Sequence record: SRR33789315_92
DNA length: 64,000 bases
Reading direction: 5' to 3' (one strand)
Part shown: positions 1-11,656 of the stretch, piece by piece
Position numbering within the stretch: position 1 is the first letter of the stretch
Layout: each line of letters starts with the position of its first letter
Made by a program: the position numbers and the translations under genes
Notes under the pieces: generated by a model
The model's input: only the letters and a program-made list of their open reading frames with translations
What the model was told of the DNA's origin: nothing
Databases searched by the model: none

Positions 1-30
1 TACTTTTTTAAGACTTGTTCTAATACTCAT
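1..30 (-). CDS. 5' end of a gene running off the window (MSIRTSLKKV...), possibly a FadE-like acyl-CoA dehydrogenase
   Basis: Minus-strand ATG at 30 preceded by a GGATGAG RBS-like sequence and open to the window edge. The N-terminus resembles my recollection of Alteromonadales acyl-CoA dehydrogenases, and a FadR-like box lies just upstream. Only 10 codons are visible. Confidence 0.45.
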   Translation of the reverse strand, partial: MSIRTSLKKV

Positions 31-42
31 AATTTGCTCATC

Positions 43-59
43 CGCTCATCTGACCAGTT
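43..59. promoter_or_regulatory. FadR-like operator
   Basis: CGCTCATCTGACCAGTT matches 12 of 16 defined positions of the FadR consensus AACTGGTCnGACCAGTT, with a perfect right half. It lies just upstream of the minus-strand start at 30. Confidence 0.55.
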
Positions 60-432
60 GTTATTTATAATACTGCTTTTCAGAAATAGATCAAAATAGT
101 TTTGTGATTTTGTAAATTAAATGTAGTCATGCTGTACCAGTAAATCACTAAAAATCCATAACTATCAAGGTACTAAGTCATATTTTTATTTGATGTTTTT
201 TTTACAAAAGAAGTGTACTTTGCTGTGTATATTACTTTTTTGGCAGGTTATTTAAGCGAATAGGTGATGTTTTTTGGTGAGGTAATGCTTAACGTGAATA
301 ACATTACGCCCTAAATAAATATTTATGTGCTATTAAATGGCTGAGGCATTCATCAGTGGAAGTGTTCTGAAATATCTCGAGCGTTTAAGTAAAAAAGCAT
401 CTTGGTCCAATCATTGTTGATAAGGAAATGAA

Positions 433-2727
433 TTGAAAACATCTGTACTTAATTTACCCATTAAATACCCAAAGGCAGTGTTGGTGATTTGCTTGTTTTT
501 AGTTTGTTTAGCGGCGCTGGGTAGCAAAAATCTCTATTTTAGAGGAGATTTCCGCGTTTTTTTTGAAACGAATAACCCCCAATTAATTGCCTATGAGCAA
601 ATGCAAAATAGTTTCAGTAAAAACGATAATGTCAGCATTATTGTCGCTCCACATTCGGGTAAGGTATTTGATATGGTCACTTTACAGCTGATTAAGCAGC
701 TAACCGAAGAGGCATGGCAAACACCTTTGTCTTCTCGGGTCGATTCAATAACCAATTTCCAGCATACATGGTCAGAGGACGATGATTTAATTGTCGAAGA
801 CTTAGTCAATGATGTGCCGCATTTGGATGCACTTAAAATTGAAAGTATACAACAGACTGCGCTTAATGAGCCTAATTTGGTGGGCCGCATGGTTTCAGCG
901 GATGGGAAGGTAACCATGGTTAATATCAACATTAATTTACCCGATGGTGATCAAACCCTTGAAGTGACAGAAGTAACACAGTTTGTTACCGCTCTGACAG
1001 AGCGTTATAAGTTGCTATACCCTGAATATGATTTTTATCACACTGGCGTCGTGATCATGAATGATGCTTTTACAAGCGCAGCCAAAAAAGATGCCTCGAC
1101 TTTAGTTCCTCTGATGTTTTTAACCATTATTATTGTAATGTGGTTAGCACTTAAAACCGTAGTTGGCACTTTTTCCACTGTTCTGGTTATTGTGGCTAGT
1201 ATTGTGAGCACTATGGGATTAGCCGGTTGGTTGGGCATTTTTTTAAGTACAGCAACGGTAAATGTACCTACCATGGTAATGACCTTGGCCGTAGCTGACT
1301 GTATTCACGTCGTTTCATCAATGTTACTTGGAATGCGCCAAGGCCAAGTTAAGTCAGAGGCTTTGTCCAATAGTCTACAACTCAACGTAAAACCGGTATT
1401 AATCACCACATTAACCACAGGCGTTGGTTTTTTAACACTTAATTTTGCAGAAGTGCCTATTTTGGCTGATTTGGGTAATTTAACCGCAATAGGCGTGTTA
1501 TTTGCCTGTGCGTTTTCACTCATACTCTTGCCCGCTTTAATTATGGTTTTACCAATCAAACCGTTAGCTCAACAATCGGTAAAAGTAGGACGCACTGAAG
1601 CGTTTGGGGAATGGGTTATTCATCATCATAGAAAATTATTGCCACTTTGTTTAGCTGTAACGGCACTGGCCATAGTGTTTGCTGTGAAAAACCATTTAAA
1701 TGATTCACCCACCCAGTATTTCGGTCAATCAACTGCATTTAGGCAATCCACTGATTTTCAACAAGCCAATTTGAGTGGTATGACATACATTGATTTTGCC
1801 CTGTATACCGAGCAAGAAAGTGGTATTAACGCGCCATCAGTATTGAAAGTAATCGACGAGTTTACTTACTGGTTACGCAGCCAGCCCGAAGTTGATCATG
1901 TTTCATCCATTAGTGATACGTTCAAGCGCCTAAATAAAAATATGCATAGCGATGAGCTAGGCTATTATGCCTTACCTGGTGATCGTGAATTGGCTGCACA
2001 GTATTTGCTGTTGTATGAAATGTCTTTGCCCTACGGACTTGATCTCAATAATCAGACCAATATGGATAAGTCAGCGACGCGTATTGTTGTAACCCTTCAA
2101 AATTTAGGTAGTAATGAACTCACAGGCTTTGAAAGCAGAGCCAAAAGTTGGTTTGAACAACGTGCTTCAAACTTAACGATTATAAGTGCCAGTCCCGGTT
2201 TAATGTTTGCGCATATTGGTGAGGCTAATATGGCAAGTATGATTGAAGGGACATTGCTGGCTTTATTGCTTATTTCTGGCCTGTTAATACTCGCACTTAA
2301 GTCTGTACGTTTAGGGCTTATCAGTTTATTACCCAATTTATTGCCAGCGGCCATTGGTTTTGGAATTTGGGGTGCCTATTCGGGAGAAATTAATTTAGGT
2401 TTATCCGTGGTTTTAAGCATGACCTTAGGTATCATCGTTGATGATACGGTGCACTTTTTAACTAAATACCAATATGCTCGTCAAGCAGGGAAAACGTCAG
2501 AAGAGGCTGTTCGTTATGCCTTTGCTAGTGTCGGTAGAGCATTGTGGATTACGACGATTGTTTTATCGTTGGGCTTTTCGGTTTTAATGTTATCGCCCTT
2601 TGCTTTAAATGCCGATATGGGCATGTTAACTAGTTTAATTATTCTAGTGGCCTTGGCGGTCGACTTGATATTTTTACCCGCATTTTTGATTGTTTTTGAT
2701 CGTAAAGAAAAACTTATAGGAGAGTAA
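433..2727 (+). CDS. MMPL/RND-family membrane transporter
   Basis: 764 aa with two halves, each a TM helix, a periplasmic loop and 5 TM helices. Motifs LAVADCIH and GIIVDDTVHF are typical of MMPL/SSD-type RND proteins. TTG start after AAGGA. Confidence 0.9.
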   Translation: MKTSVLNLPIKYPKAVLVICLFLVCLAALGSKNLYFRGDFRVFFETNNPQLIAYEQMQNSFSKNDNVSIIVAPHSGKVFDMVTLQLIKQLTEEAWQTPLSSRVDSITNFQHTWSEDDDLIVEDLVNDVPHLDALKIESIQQTALNEPNLVGRMVSADGKVTMVNININLPDGDQTLEVTEVTQFVTALTERYKLLYPEYDFYHTGVVIMNDAFTSAAKKDASTLVPLMFLTIIIVMWLALKTVVGTFSTVLVIVASIVSTMGLAGWLGIFLSTATVNVPTMVMTLAVADCIHVVSSMLLGMRQGQVKSEALSNSLQLNVKPVLITTLTTGVGFLTLNFAEVPILADLGNLTAIGVLFACAFSLILLPALIMVLPIKPLAQQSVKVGRTEAFGEWVIHHHRKLLPLCLAVTALAIVFAVKNHLNDSPTQYFGQSTAFRQSTDFQQANLSGMTYIDFALYTEQESGINAPSVLKVIDEFTYWLRSQPEVDHVSSISDTFKRLNKNMHSDELGYYALPGDRELAAQYLLLYEMSLPYGLDLNNQTNMDKSATRIVVTLQNLGSNELTGFESRAKSWFEQRASNLTIISASPGLMFAHIGEANMASMIEGTLLALLLISGLLILALKSVRLGLISLLPNLLPAAIGFGIWGAYSGEINLGLSVVLSMTLGIIVDDTVHFLTKYQYARQAGKTSEEAVRYAFASVGRALWITTIVLSLGFSVLMLSPFALNADMGMLTSLIILVALAVDLIFLPAFLIVFDRKEKLIGE

Positions 2728-2731
2728 TATC

Positions 2732-3547
2732 ATGCAACGACTTCACGTTAGGCAAGCACGTAGGCTGGCTAATTCACTCGCTTTTATGGCATTAGCCTTA
2801 TTGGTCAGTTCATTTTCTTTTGCGCAAAGTTCAGAAGAAAAGGGAGGGGCCATCGCTAAAGAACGCAAAGCACGTGACGTAGGTTGGGGTGACAGTGTGG
2901 CCGATACCAGTATGATCTTACGTAATCCAAGGGGAGACGAAACAGAGCGAAAAATGCGTGTTAAATCACTTGAAGTAGTTGATGATGGTGATAAAGGTTT
3001 AACGATTTTTGATCAACCTTTGGATGTCAAAGGCACCGCTTTTCTTAATTTTTCACATCCTTTAGAAGCGGATGATCAATGGATGTATCTACCTAAACTT
3101 AAAAGAGTAAAAAGTATCCAGTCTAGGAATAAATCAGGTCCATTTATGGGCAGTGAATTTGCTTTTGAAGACATGAGTTCATTTGAAATTGAAAAATTTA
3201 AGTTTAATTATTTACGTGATGAGCAATATCAGGGATTAGCTTGTTTTGTTGTTGAACAAATACCGCTGGAAGAAGACTCAGGCTACAGTAAAAATATTAC
3301 TTGGGTAGATAAAGAACATTATCGGGCTTTTAAAGTGGAATACTATGATCGTAAAGGCAGTTTGTTGAAAATACTGACCATGCATAATTATCAGTTATAT
3401 TTAAATGAATACTGGCGGCCATTAGAATTAAGAATGGATAATCGTCAAAATGGTAAAAGTACCGATTTGATCACTCATTCACTCCAGTTTAAAACAGGCT
3501 TAACTGAAAATGATTTTGATAAAGATAGCCTAATGCGCGCTCGTTAG
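2732..3547 (+). CDS. Outer-membrane lipoprotein-sorting (LolA-like) protein
   Basis: Signal peptide; DDQWMYLPKLKRVK..KSGPFMGSEFAFED and EYYDRKG motifs characteristic of LolA-like proteins found next to MMPL genes. Confidence 0.85.
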   Translation: MQRLHVRQARRLANSLAFMALALLVSSFSFAQSSEEKGGAIAKERKARDVGWGDSVADTSMILRNPRGDETERKMRVKSLEVVDDGDKGLTIFDQPLDVKGTAFLNFSHPLEADDQWMYLPKLKRVKSIQSRNKSGPFMGSEFAFEDMSSFEIEKFKFNYLRDEQYQGLACFVVEQIPLEEDSGYSKNITWVDKEHYRAFKVEYYDRKGSLLKILTMHNYQLYLNEYWRPLELRMDNRQNGKSTDLITHSLQFKTGLTENDFDKDSLMRAR

Positions 3548-3555
3548 AGGAACAA

Positions 3556-4764
3556 ATGAATTACACACCGATTAAATATTTGCTCGCTAGTACTTTGGTA
3601 AACTTGTTTTGCTTGTCTCATGCTCACGCTGATATTGAGTACAGCGGAAGTGCGGCATTTGAACAGCGTTATTTTTTGCAAGACGCATTGTATCCCCAAC
3701 AAACTCGAGATAGTGCTTCTGTTTATTTTGCGCCAGAGATGTATACCTCTTTAAACGAAGGTAACGATACTATCTTGTTTAGAGGCTTTTTTCGTTTAGA
3801 TCAACGAGATCAAGAACGTACTCATGGCGATATTCGTGAACTACTGTGGGCGCATGTAGGTGACGATTGGGAAGTTAAAACGGGTATAGGTAAAGTTTTT
3901 TGGGGACAAACTGAGTCCCTACATTTGGTTGATATTATTAATCAAACAGACTCGATTGAGGCTATTGATGGCGAAGATAAGTTAGGTCAACCCATGGTGG
4001 CTTTATCGATGTATAAAGATTGGGGTAATTTTAGTGCATTTGTTTTGCCCTATTTTAGAGAGCGAACCTTTGCGGGTATTAAGGGGCGTTTGCGGGCACC
4101 ATTTGTCATCGATACTGACAATGCGTTGTTTGAATCTAATGATAAAGAAAAAAACTTAGACTGGGCGCTTCGTTGGCAACATACCCTAGGTGATTGGGAA
4201 GTGGGTTTATCTTATTTTGATGGTACTTCACGTGAACCTGATTTTGTACCAGTAGTTAATGCACAAAATGAAACAATGTTACGTCCTTATTATGCACAAA
4301 TCGAACAAGTTGGTTTAGATGTATTAACGATTGTGGAAGCTTGGATTTTTAAATTGGAAGCGATTCAGCGTAGTGGCAATACTCAAGATTACTGGGCAAT
4401 GGTAGGGGGTTTTGAATATACCTCGGTAGGTGTTATGGACTCGGTATATGATATTGGTTGGCTGATGGAGTATCAATATGATGATCGCCAAGAGTTAGCG
4501 ACATCGAGTGCGCAAAATGATCTCTTATTAGGAGCACGATGGGTACTGAATGATATTGATGGTACCGAAGTACTCATGGGCATAATACAAGATCTGGATT
4601 ATTCAGGTGTACGCTCTGGTTTTATTGAAGCATCGAGTCGCATTAATGATCATTGGAAATGGCGGCTAGACGCCTACCTGTTTTCAAGTGATGAACCCAA
4701 TGAAGCATCATTTTTGTTACGTAGAGATGATTATGCGCAATTTAGCTTAGAGTATTATTTTTAA
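3556..4764 (+). CDS. Putative outer-membrane beta-barrel protein
   Basis: Signal peptide (AHA-D), amphipathic strands and a C-terminal YYF. Third gene of the MMPL/LolA-like operon. Confidence 0.7.
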   Translation: MNYTPIKYLLASTLVNLFCLSHAHADIEYSGSAAFEQRYFLQDALYPQQTRDSASVYFAPEMYTSLNEGNDTILFRGFFRLDQRDQERTHGDIRELLWAHVGDDWEVKTGIGKVFWGQTESLHLVDIINQTDSIEAIDGEDKLGQPMVALSMYKDWGNFSAFVLPYFRERTFAGIKGRLRAPFVIDTDNALFESNDKEKNLDWALRWQHTLGDWEVGLSYFDGTSREPDFVPVVNAQNETMLRPYYAQIEQVGLDVLTIVEAWIFKLEAIQRSGNTQDYWAMVGGFEYTSVGVMDSVYDIGWLMEYQYDDRQELATSSAQNDLLLGARWVLNDIDGTEVLMGIIQDLDYSGVRSGFIEASSRINDHWKWRLDAYLFSSDEPNEASFLLRRDDYAQFSLEYYF

Positions 4765-4826
4765 GCTATCCGCTAGCCACTATACACAAGAAAAAACAAG
4801 AGTGTGCTGTTGTTCAATATAACGAT

Positions 4827-4850
4827 AAAGGGGCCAACGTGAGGCCCTTT
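4827..4850. terminator. Bidirectional intrinsic terminator
   Basis: AAAG-GGGCC-aacgtga-GGCCC-TTT hairpin between convergent genes. Confidence 0.6.
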
Positions 4851-4855
4851 ACATA

Positions 4856-5734
4856 CTACTTCTCGGCTTTTTGGCTGACTTTATCTTGAGTCTTTGTATC
4901 AAAGTCACTGGCGTCATGACGTTCATGTAACTGACTTGATGGTTCTCCCCAAGTGCGGTTTACCATTCTACCTCGCTGCGCTGCGGGCCTATCTGCGATT
5001 TCATTGTTCCATCTAAGTACATGGCTGTACTCATGGGTTTGTAAAAACTCAGCCGCTTCATAAACCTTATTGGTGACTAACGCACCATACCAAGGCCAAA
5101 TTGCGATATCAGCAATACTGTAGTTGTCACCACACATATAGCGATTGTTCGCAAGATGTTGATTTAGTACATCTAATTGGCGTTTAACTTCCATGGTATA
5201 GCGATCAATTGGATATTGATATTTTTCCGGGGCATAGGCATAAAAGTGACCAAATCCCCCCCCTAACAGGGGCGTGCTAGCCATTTGCCAAAATAGCCAA
5301 GATAAACATTCAGCACGCTCAGCTGGGTCGGTTGGTATTAGCACATTAAACTTGTCAGCCAAATACAACAGCATGGCTCCCGATTCAAATAAGCGGGTAG
5401 GTGGGGTAGTCGAATGGTCTACTAATGCCGGTATTTTAGAATTTGGATTAACGGCAACAAAACCACTGGTGAATTGCTCGCCTTGCATAATATTCACAAG
5501 ATGAGCGTCATACTCAGCATTTTGGATACCTAAAGCTAATAACTCTTCGAACATGACAGTCACTTTTACACCATTAGGTGTAGCAAGGGAATACAGTTGA
5601 AAAGGATGTTTACCCACGTTTAATGCTTTATTTTCCCGAGCCCCCGCTGTAGGGCGGTTTATCCCGGCAAACTTTCCACCAAAACCTGTGTCCCATTTCC
5701 ATATTTTTGGAGGTGTATAGGTATTTTTGCTCAA
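4856..5734 (-). CDS. yghU: Glutathione-dependent disulfide-bond oxidoreductase (GST family)
   Basis: YTPPKIWKW, QLYSLATPNGVKV, NPNSKIPAL and LHERHDASDF are diagnostic of YghU. Confidence 0.93.
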   Translation of the reverse strand: MSKNTYTPPKIWKWDTGFGGKFAGINRPTAGARENKALNVGKHPFQLYSLATPNGVKVTVMFEELLALGIQNAEYDAHLVNIMQGEQFTSGFVAVNPNSKIPALVDHSTTPPTRLFESGAMLLYLADKFNVLIPTDPAERAECLSWLFWQMASTPLLGGGFGHFYAYAPEKYQYPIDRYTMEVKRQLDVLNQHLANNRYMCGDNYSIADIAIWPWYGALVTNKVYEAAEFLQTHEYSHVLRWNNEIADRPAAQRGRMVNRTWGEPSSQLHERHDASDFDTKTQDKVSQKAEK

Positions 5735-5965
5735 AGTATTTACTCCACAATGTCGTATTGGTTTATTTTAGATTGTTGTCTAGGATACTTAAAGTGCTTA
5801 TAAATTGATCATATATTTGCGCTTTATCCCCTGTAGTAGCGTGGTGAAAAAGTAAAGGTTGTGTTTACATTAGCCGTCATAATAGAGGGGTTTTAGACCA
5901 ATTTAAACATCTCTGCCAAGACATTCTATACTTGTCAATATTCAGAAGGAGAGGGGTCTAAAGTT

Positions 5966-6322
5966 TTGACTGAAAAACGCCAGAATTCGAGAGTATTAGT
6001 GCGGGACTTACATGCCGATATTAGTGTAATTGGGCCCGATTCACTTCTGGTAACGACATTGACCGGAGGGGTTGTTGATATGAGTTACTCAGGGATTAAA
6101 ATAAAACTACTAACAGCAATGCCCAATATTGCTTCGCAGAGTAAAATTACAATAATATTAACAGGTGCAAGTTTGTCTACTCCTATGACGATTAAGGGCA
6201 TGGTTCGTCATATTTCAGCGGCTAATGAGTGTGGCATCGCGTTTACGAATGAGCTTGGCATGCCAGAAATTGATAGTTTTGTGTTTGAATGTATTCGGAA
6301 AATTCCAAATCATGTATGGTAA
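5966..6322 (+). CDS. Single-domain PilZ protein
   Basis: RQNSR (RxxxR) and DMSYSG (DxSxxG) c-di-GMP-binding motifs; RBS GGAGAGG. Confidence 0.8.
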   Translation: MTEKRQNSRVLVRDLHADISVIGPDSLLVTTLTGGVVDMSYSGIKIKLLTAMPNIASQSKITIILTGASLSTPMTIKGMVRHISAANECGIAFTNELGMPEIDSFVFECIRKIPNHVW

Positions 6323-6337
6323 TTATAGTGCTAAATC

Positions 6338-6370
6338 TAAGAGTCAAACCAACCATTGGTTTAACTCTTA
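6338..6370. terminator. Hairpin/terminator between convergent genes
   Basis: TAAGAGTCAAACCAA-cca-TTGGTTTAACTCTTA inverted repeat. Confidence 0.55.
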
Positions 6371-6402
6371 TTGTCTAATTTTTTTTTAGTATCTTGGAAG
6401 AC

Positions 6403-7266
6403 TTATAAATATTTTGCGTGGAAACGTAAGTGGTCTTCAATCAAACTAGATATAAAATAGTAGCTGTGATCATAGCCTGCATGGTAACGAAAATCAGCTT
6501 CGTAACCAATCTCCCTAGCTACCTCTTCCAGCGGTTTTGTTAGTTTTTGACTGAGATAAAAATTGTCGTCTAAACCTTGATCAATTAGCATGGGGATATG
6601 TAAAAATTGCCCTTGTTGACGCATCAAATGACAACTATCATAAGCGTGCCAATCGGCTTTGTTGTCACCTAAATAATGCGTAAATGCTTTCTGACCCCAT
6701 TGGCATTCCATTGGGTTAACAATAGGTGCGAAGGCGGATACCGAACAATATTGTTTCATATTCGACAGGGCTATAATTAGCGCACCATGCCCCCCCATAG
6801 AATGACCTGCAATGGCGGCTTTGGATTTAACATTAAATTCTTTTTTTACCAACGCTGGCAATTCTTCGACGATGTAGTCGTACATTTTATAGTGTTCTTG
6901 CCACGGTGTTTGGGTTGCATTGAGATAAAAACCTGCCCCTAAACCCAAATCATAAGCACCATCAGCAGCGTCAGTCACATGCTCACCACGAGGACTGGTA
7001 TCGGGCATAACTAACATAATGCCTAATTCCGCGGCGATGCGTTGAGCACCTGCTTTTGTTGAAAAATTCTCATCGGTGCACGTCAGCCCACTTAACCAAT
7101 ACAGTACGGGTAACTTCGCGTTTTTTTCAGCCGCGGGTGGCAGAAATACACTAAAATGCATTTCGCAATTAAGTACTTCTGAGCGATGGCTATAACGCTT
7201 TTGCCAGCCTCCAAAACATTTGTTTGCACTTAATTCGGCAAGTTCTGTAACATTTGTCATGGGCAT
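6403..7266 (-). CDS. fghA: S-formylglutathione hydrolase
   Basis: [15 protein letters not shown] nucleophile elbow and GYDHSYYF; directly downstream of frmA. Confidence 0.95.
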   Translation of the reverse strand: MPMTNVTELAELSANKCFGGWQKRYSHRSEVLNCEMHFSVFLPPAAEKNAKLPVLYWLSGLTCTDENFSTKAGAQRIAAELGIMLVMPDTSPRGEHVTDAADGAYDLGLGAGFYLNATQTPWQEHYKMYDYIVEELPALVKKEFNVKSKAAIAGHSMGGHGALIIALSNMKQYCSVSAFAPIVNPMECQWGQKAFTHYLGDNKADWHAYDSCHLMRQQGQFLHIPMLIDQGLDDNFYLSQKLTKPLEEVAREIGYEADFRYHAGYDHSYYFISSLIEDHLRFHAKYL

Positions 7267-7275
7267 GTCTCCTAC

Positions 7276-8403
<1,128 letters not shown>

Positions 8404-8447
8404 TTACTATTATTCAATGTGAGTGAGCTGCATACTGACATAAAAGA

Positions 8448-8888
8448 TTATAAACAGTGGCCCAATAAACGAATGTCTGCATCACGCCAGAATACTTCGG
8501 ATATTTGATGACCATTAGCGCAGAGTTTTTCTTTTTTTAAGCGCTTTTGCAGGCTCTCTGCTGCTTTGTCTTCCAGTTCTAATTTTGTTTTGTTATCAGC
8601 TATAACCCCAAAACGTTTGGCTTTTTGCTCGCGCTCAGCACTATCGTCTATTATTCCGCCGCGAGGAGTCACAGGGCGCTCATATTCTCTCTGATTATTA
8701 CTGCGTAAAGAATCTTGTGAGGTATTGCGCCAAGATATGCCAAATACAAATTCAATCGTGCCATTGTCTAAAGTTCGGCTTTCAAATTTTTCGTCTGTCA
8801 TTATGGGTTCAGGTTGGCTGGCAGCACAGGCTGTTAATGCAACGCTGAAACAACACAGTTGTATAAAATTTCTCAAGGTAACGTCCAA
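8448..8888 (-). CDS. Hypothetical lipoprotein
   Basis: 146-aa ORF with lipobox LTAC, co-oriented upstream of frmA. Confidence 0.7.
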   Translation of the reverse strand: MDVTLRNFIQLCCFSVALTACAASQPEPIMTDEKFESRTLDNGTIEFVFGISWRNTSQDSLRSNNQREYERPVTPRGGIIDDSAEREQKAKRFGVIADNKTKLELEDKAAESLQKRLKKEKLCANGHQISEVFWRDADIRLLGHCL

Positions 8889-9086
8889 TGGTCTGCTATT
8901 CGCTCTATACTAACGAATTGTGAAAGACAGTGACAAACTTTAATAATACTGTGACGCATTAGATGTAATCAATATGAGCAGCAACTGTCATGATCTTTGT
9001 TTGTAATTCAGTATGTTATATTGCAGAATTTAGTTCATTATTATTGGTATACCTGTATCCCAATTCAGATTTAAGGAGTTGTCAGT

Positions 9087-9704
9087 TTGAAATTTAAAAT
9101 GTCGGTTTGTGCGACGTTATTGTGCGCGTCAGTTGGGCACTCTTACGCGACTGAAGGCTTGTACGCTGTATCAACCATGGGTGGTGCTAAAACAGAATTC
9201 AGTACTGCTGACGTCAACAATTTTTCGTATAAATTAGGTATGGGCTACCAATTTGATCGCCAATGGTATTTCGAAGCGGGTATCCAAAAGCTAGCCAGCG
9301 ATGCTATGGCAAGCGAATTACCTAGTACCATGGCACAATTACAAGATGACAGTTTACAGTTAGATGCAAGCGCTCTTTATGCCTCATTGTTAGGCAAAGC
9401 TGCTGGACCATCAGGTGAATTGTTTTATCGTATTGGGATCTTAAAAACGGACATTCAAGGACAGCACACTTTAGCCGGTAGTCAATCTTGTGAGCTGGGT
9501 AAAGGAACAGTAGTGACCGTTAATACCAATGAAAGCTATACGTTCTGTCAATTTGACGAAGGAGGCATCGCAGGTGTGGTGGGCTTAGGATTCGATTTTT
9601 TTATTGGTAGCCGAACCATGCTCCGAACCGAAATTGAGTATATTAAGGGTGAAAATAATTTGGCTGTAAGTGCCGCCTATGTTGGCTTACGGTATAATTT
9701 TTAA
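9087..9704 (+). CDS. OmpA-like 8-stranded outer-membrane beta-barrel protein
   Basis: Signal peptide, GMGYQF..FEAG motif and C-terminal GLRYNF; RBS AAGGAG. The stop overlaps that of the convergent gene (TTAA). Confidence 0.8.
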   Translation: MKFKMSVCATLLCASVGHSYATEGLYAVSTMGGAKTEFSTADVNNFSYKLGMGYQFDRQWYFEAGIQKLASDAMASELPSTMAQLQDDSLQLDASALYASLLGKAAGPSGELFYRIGILKTDIQGQHTLAGSQSCELGKGTVVTVNTNESYTFCQFDEGGIAGVVGLGFDFFIGSRTMLRTEIEYIKGENNLAVSAAYVGLRYNF

Positions 9705-10570
9705 ATAAATTTATACCATCGAGCGGCATTGGTATAGGTAAGTTGTTGGAATAACTCAGGTGTTAACTGCAACTCATGATAATAGCCCTGCCACAATGTT
9801 GCATAAGTATAACTTAAAGTGCACAAAGGAAAGTTACTGGCTAACATGAGCCTAGTATGACCAAAACAATCGAGGCTATGTCTGAGTATTTCTTTGGCCA
9901 CATCAAATAACCAATGCCTATCGTGCATTTCCCAAGCCGAAAGTTTGATAGCGATATTAGGGTGGGCGCTTAAGCGCCTTAAATTACGTTGCCAAATAAT
10001 AAAATCATCTGATCCTAAAGTGGGTGGCCATCCGCCATGATTTATAATAATGGCCATATTAGGTTGTTGTTTAGCGACTTTAATTAAAGCCTCGACGTCG
10101 GCGGTATTGCCTATTGATAACTGTGCGTCAAATATCAAACCTAGTGAATTTAACGCAGCGATATTATTGTTCGTGTGTGGGTTATTTAATATTTCCAAAG
10201 CCTTGTCATCAAGTATGTGTCTAATACCAACCACTGATTTACGTTGGCTTAATTGCTGCAACGTATTGTTAAAATTTGCTGTGGTTAAATCGGCATAGGC
10301 CACTGTTCTAAACGGTGTCCGACAGGTAGATTCAAGCCAATCTATTTCTCGCCATGGTTGCTGATTATCAAATCCTGCTTCAATGTGCACAAAACCGGCC
10401 AGTGCCAGGTTTGTAGTAAGTTGCACATCGCTTTCAGAGTAGTTGACGGCAATCTTTTTTTTATCAGGCCAATAGGGCGGATTTTGTGGTTTTAACCAGG
10501 CGTATTCACCTAAATCCAAATTAAATAGATGTAGGTGAGGGTCAATAATCTTAAGACTACTTGCGGGCAT
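9701..10570 (-). CDS. Amidohydrolase_2-family protein (sugar-lactonase-like)
   Basis: IIDPHLH, VGIRHIL, IINHGGWP, IKLS and ASNFP motifs as in L-fucono/L-rhamnono-lactonase-like enzymes. The ATG at 10570 is preferred over the TTG at 10582. Confidence 0.8.
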   Translation of the reverse strand: MPASSLKIIDPHLHLFNLDLGEYAWLKPQNPPYWPDKKKIAVNYSESDVQLTTNLALAGFVHIEAGFDNQQPWREIDWLESTCRTPFRTVAYADLTTANFNNTLQQLSQRKSVVGIRHILDDKALEILNNPHTNNNIAALNSLGLIFDAQLSIGNTADVEALIKVAKQQPNMAIIINHGGWPPTLGSDDFIIWQRNLRRLSAHPNIAIKLSAWEMHDRHWLFDVAKEILRHSLDCFGHTRLMLASNFPLCTLSYTYATLWQGYYHELQLTPELFQQLTYTNAARWYKFI

Positions 10571-10613
10571 GATGGCTCTCAAATTAGGGAGTAATGGGGG
10601 GATTTACCTTTGC

Positions 10614-11369
10614 TTATTGCGCAGTGTAACCACCGTCGATGACTTGTAAGCTTCCGGTAATAAATCCGGCATCATCGCTGGCCAAAAAGTAAGCTAGCGC
10701 GGCTACTTCGTGTGCTTTACCTAAACGTCCTAAGGGCTGTAATGCTGCTTCTTCGTTATGTATTTGTTGTATATCTGCGCCGGACTTCTCAACATATTTA
10801 TTAATGGCTTGGTGATACAAGGGCGTTTCAATGGTGCCTGGGCAGATGGCATTGGCTCTAATTTTATAAGCAGCATAATCTAGTGCTGTTGTTTTAGCTA
10901 ACGAAGCCAGCGCGGCTTTACTCATGTTGTAAGCAAATGAATTTTGTTTGGCGATAATGGCTTGGTCTGACGCCATATATAAAATCACCCCTTTTTTTTG
11001 TGATTTCATCAAAGGCAGTACCGCTTTGGTTGCGGTAATTGCACCGCGTACGTTCAACGAAAATACGCGTTCAAAATCAGCCTCAGAAGTTTGTTCAATA
11101 GTGCCAGAAAAGTGTATACCTGCATTTGATACCAATACATCCACTTGCTTGTATTGCTCTAGTAGTTTAGTAAAAACCGTTTTGGTTTCGTTATTGTCAG
11201 CCATATCACATGACCACCAATCAACGTATGTTGATTTTATCAGAGGCTTTTTTATGTCAACATTGACCACAGTGTACCCTTGCTCAGCAAAACGCTCACA
11301 GATTGCTGCACCAATACCTAAGCTTCCGCCGGTAACGATACAAACAGGACGAGAAGAATGATCAGTCAT
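10614..11369 (-). CDS. SDR-family oxidoreductase
   Basis: TGGSLGIG, NAG, YNMSK, NAICPG and IDGGYTA. Confidence 0.92.
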   Translation of the reverse strand: MTDHSSRPVCIVTGGSLGIGAAICERFAEQGYTVVNVDIKKPLIKSTYVDWWSCDMADNNETKTVFTKLLEQYKQVDVLVSNAGIHFSGTIEQTSEADFERVFSLNVRGAITATKAVLPLMKSQKKGVILYMASDQAIIAKQNSFAYNMSKAALASLAKTTALDYAAYKIRANAICPGTIETPLYHQAINKYVEKSGADIQQIHNEEAALQPLGRLGKAHEVAALAYFLASDDAGFITGSLQVIDGGYTAQ

Positions 11370-11656
11370 AATTAAACTACGCTATGCAAAATTACAGAAG
11401 AGGCTAAGAGTAAAACAAAGTTTATTCCTCACCAAGGGAAAACTTATTTGTATAACGTTGGTAGGGGTATTTAGTCTTGTTTACAAATTAATACTAAAAA
11501 TTTTCTAGGCGTGGCATACATGGCTGCTTGATTATTGTAAAATTGCTAATGTTAACGCAGTTAAAATCAATTACCCATGAACTCTCAGCGTGTCTAAGGT
11601 TCCAACAAGACTGGCCAATCTGATTACCCATTAACTACAACAGAGAGATATAATTT

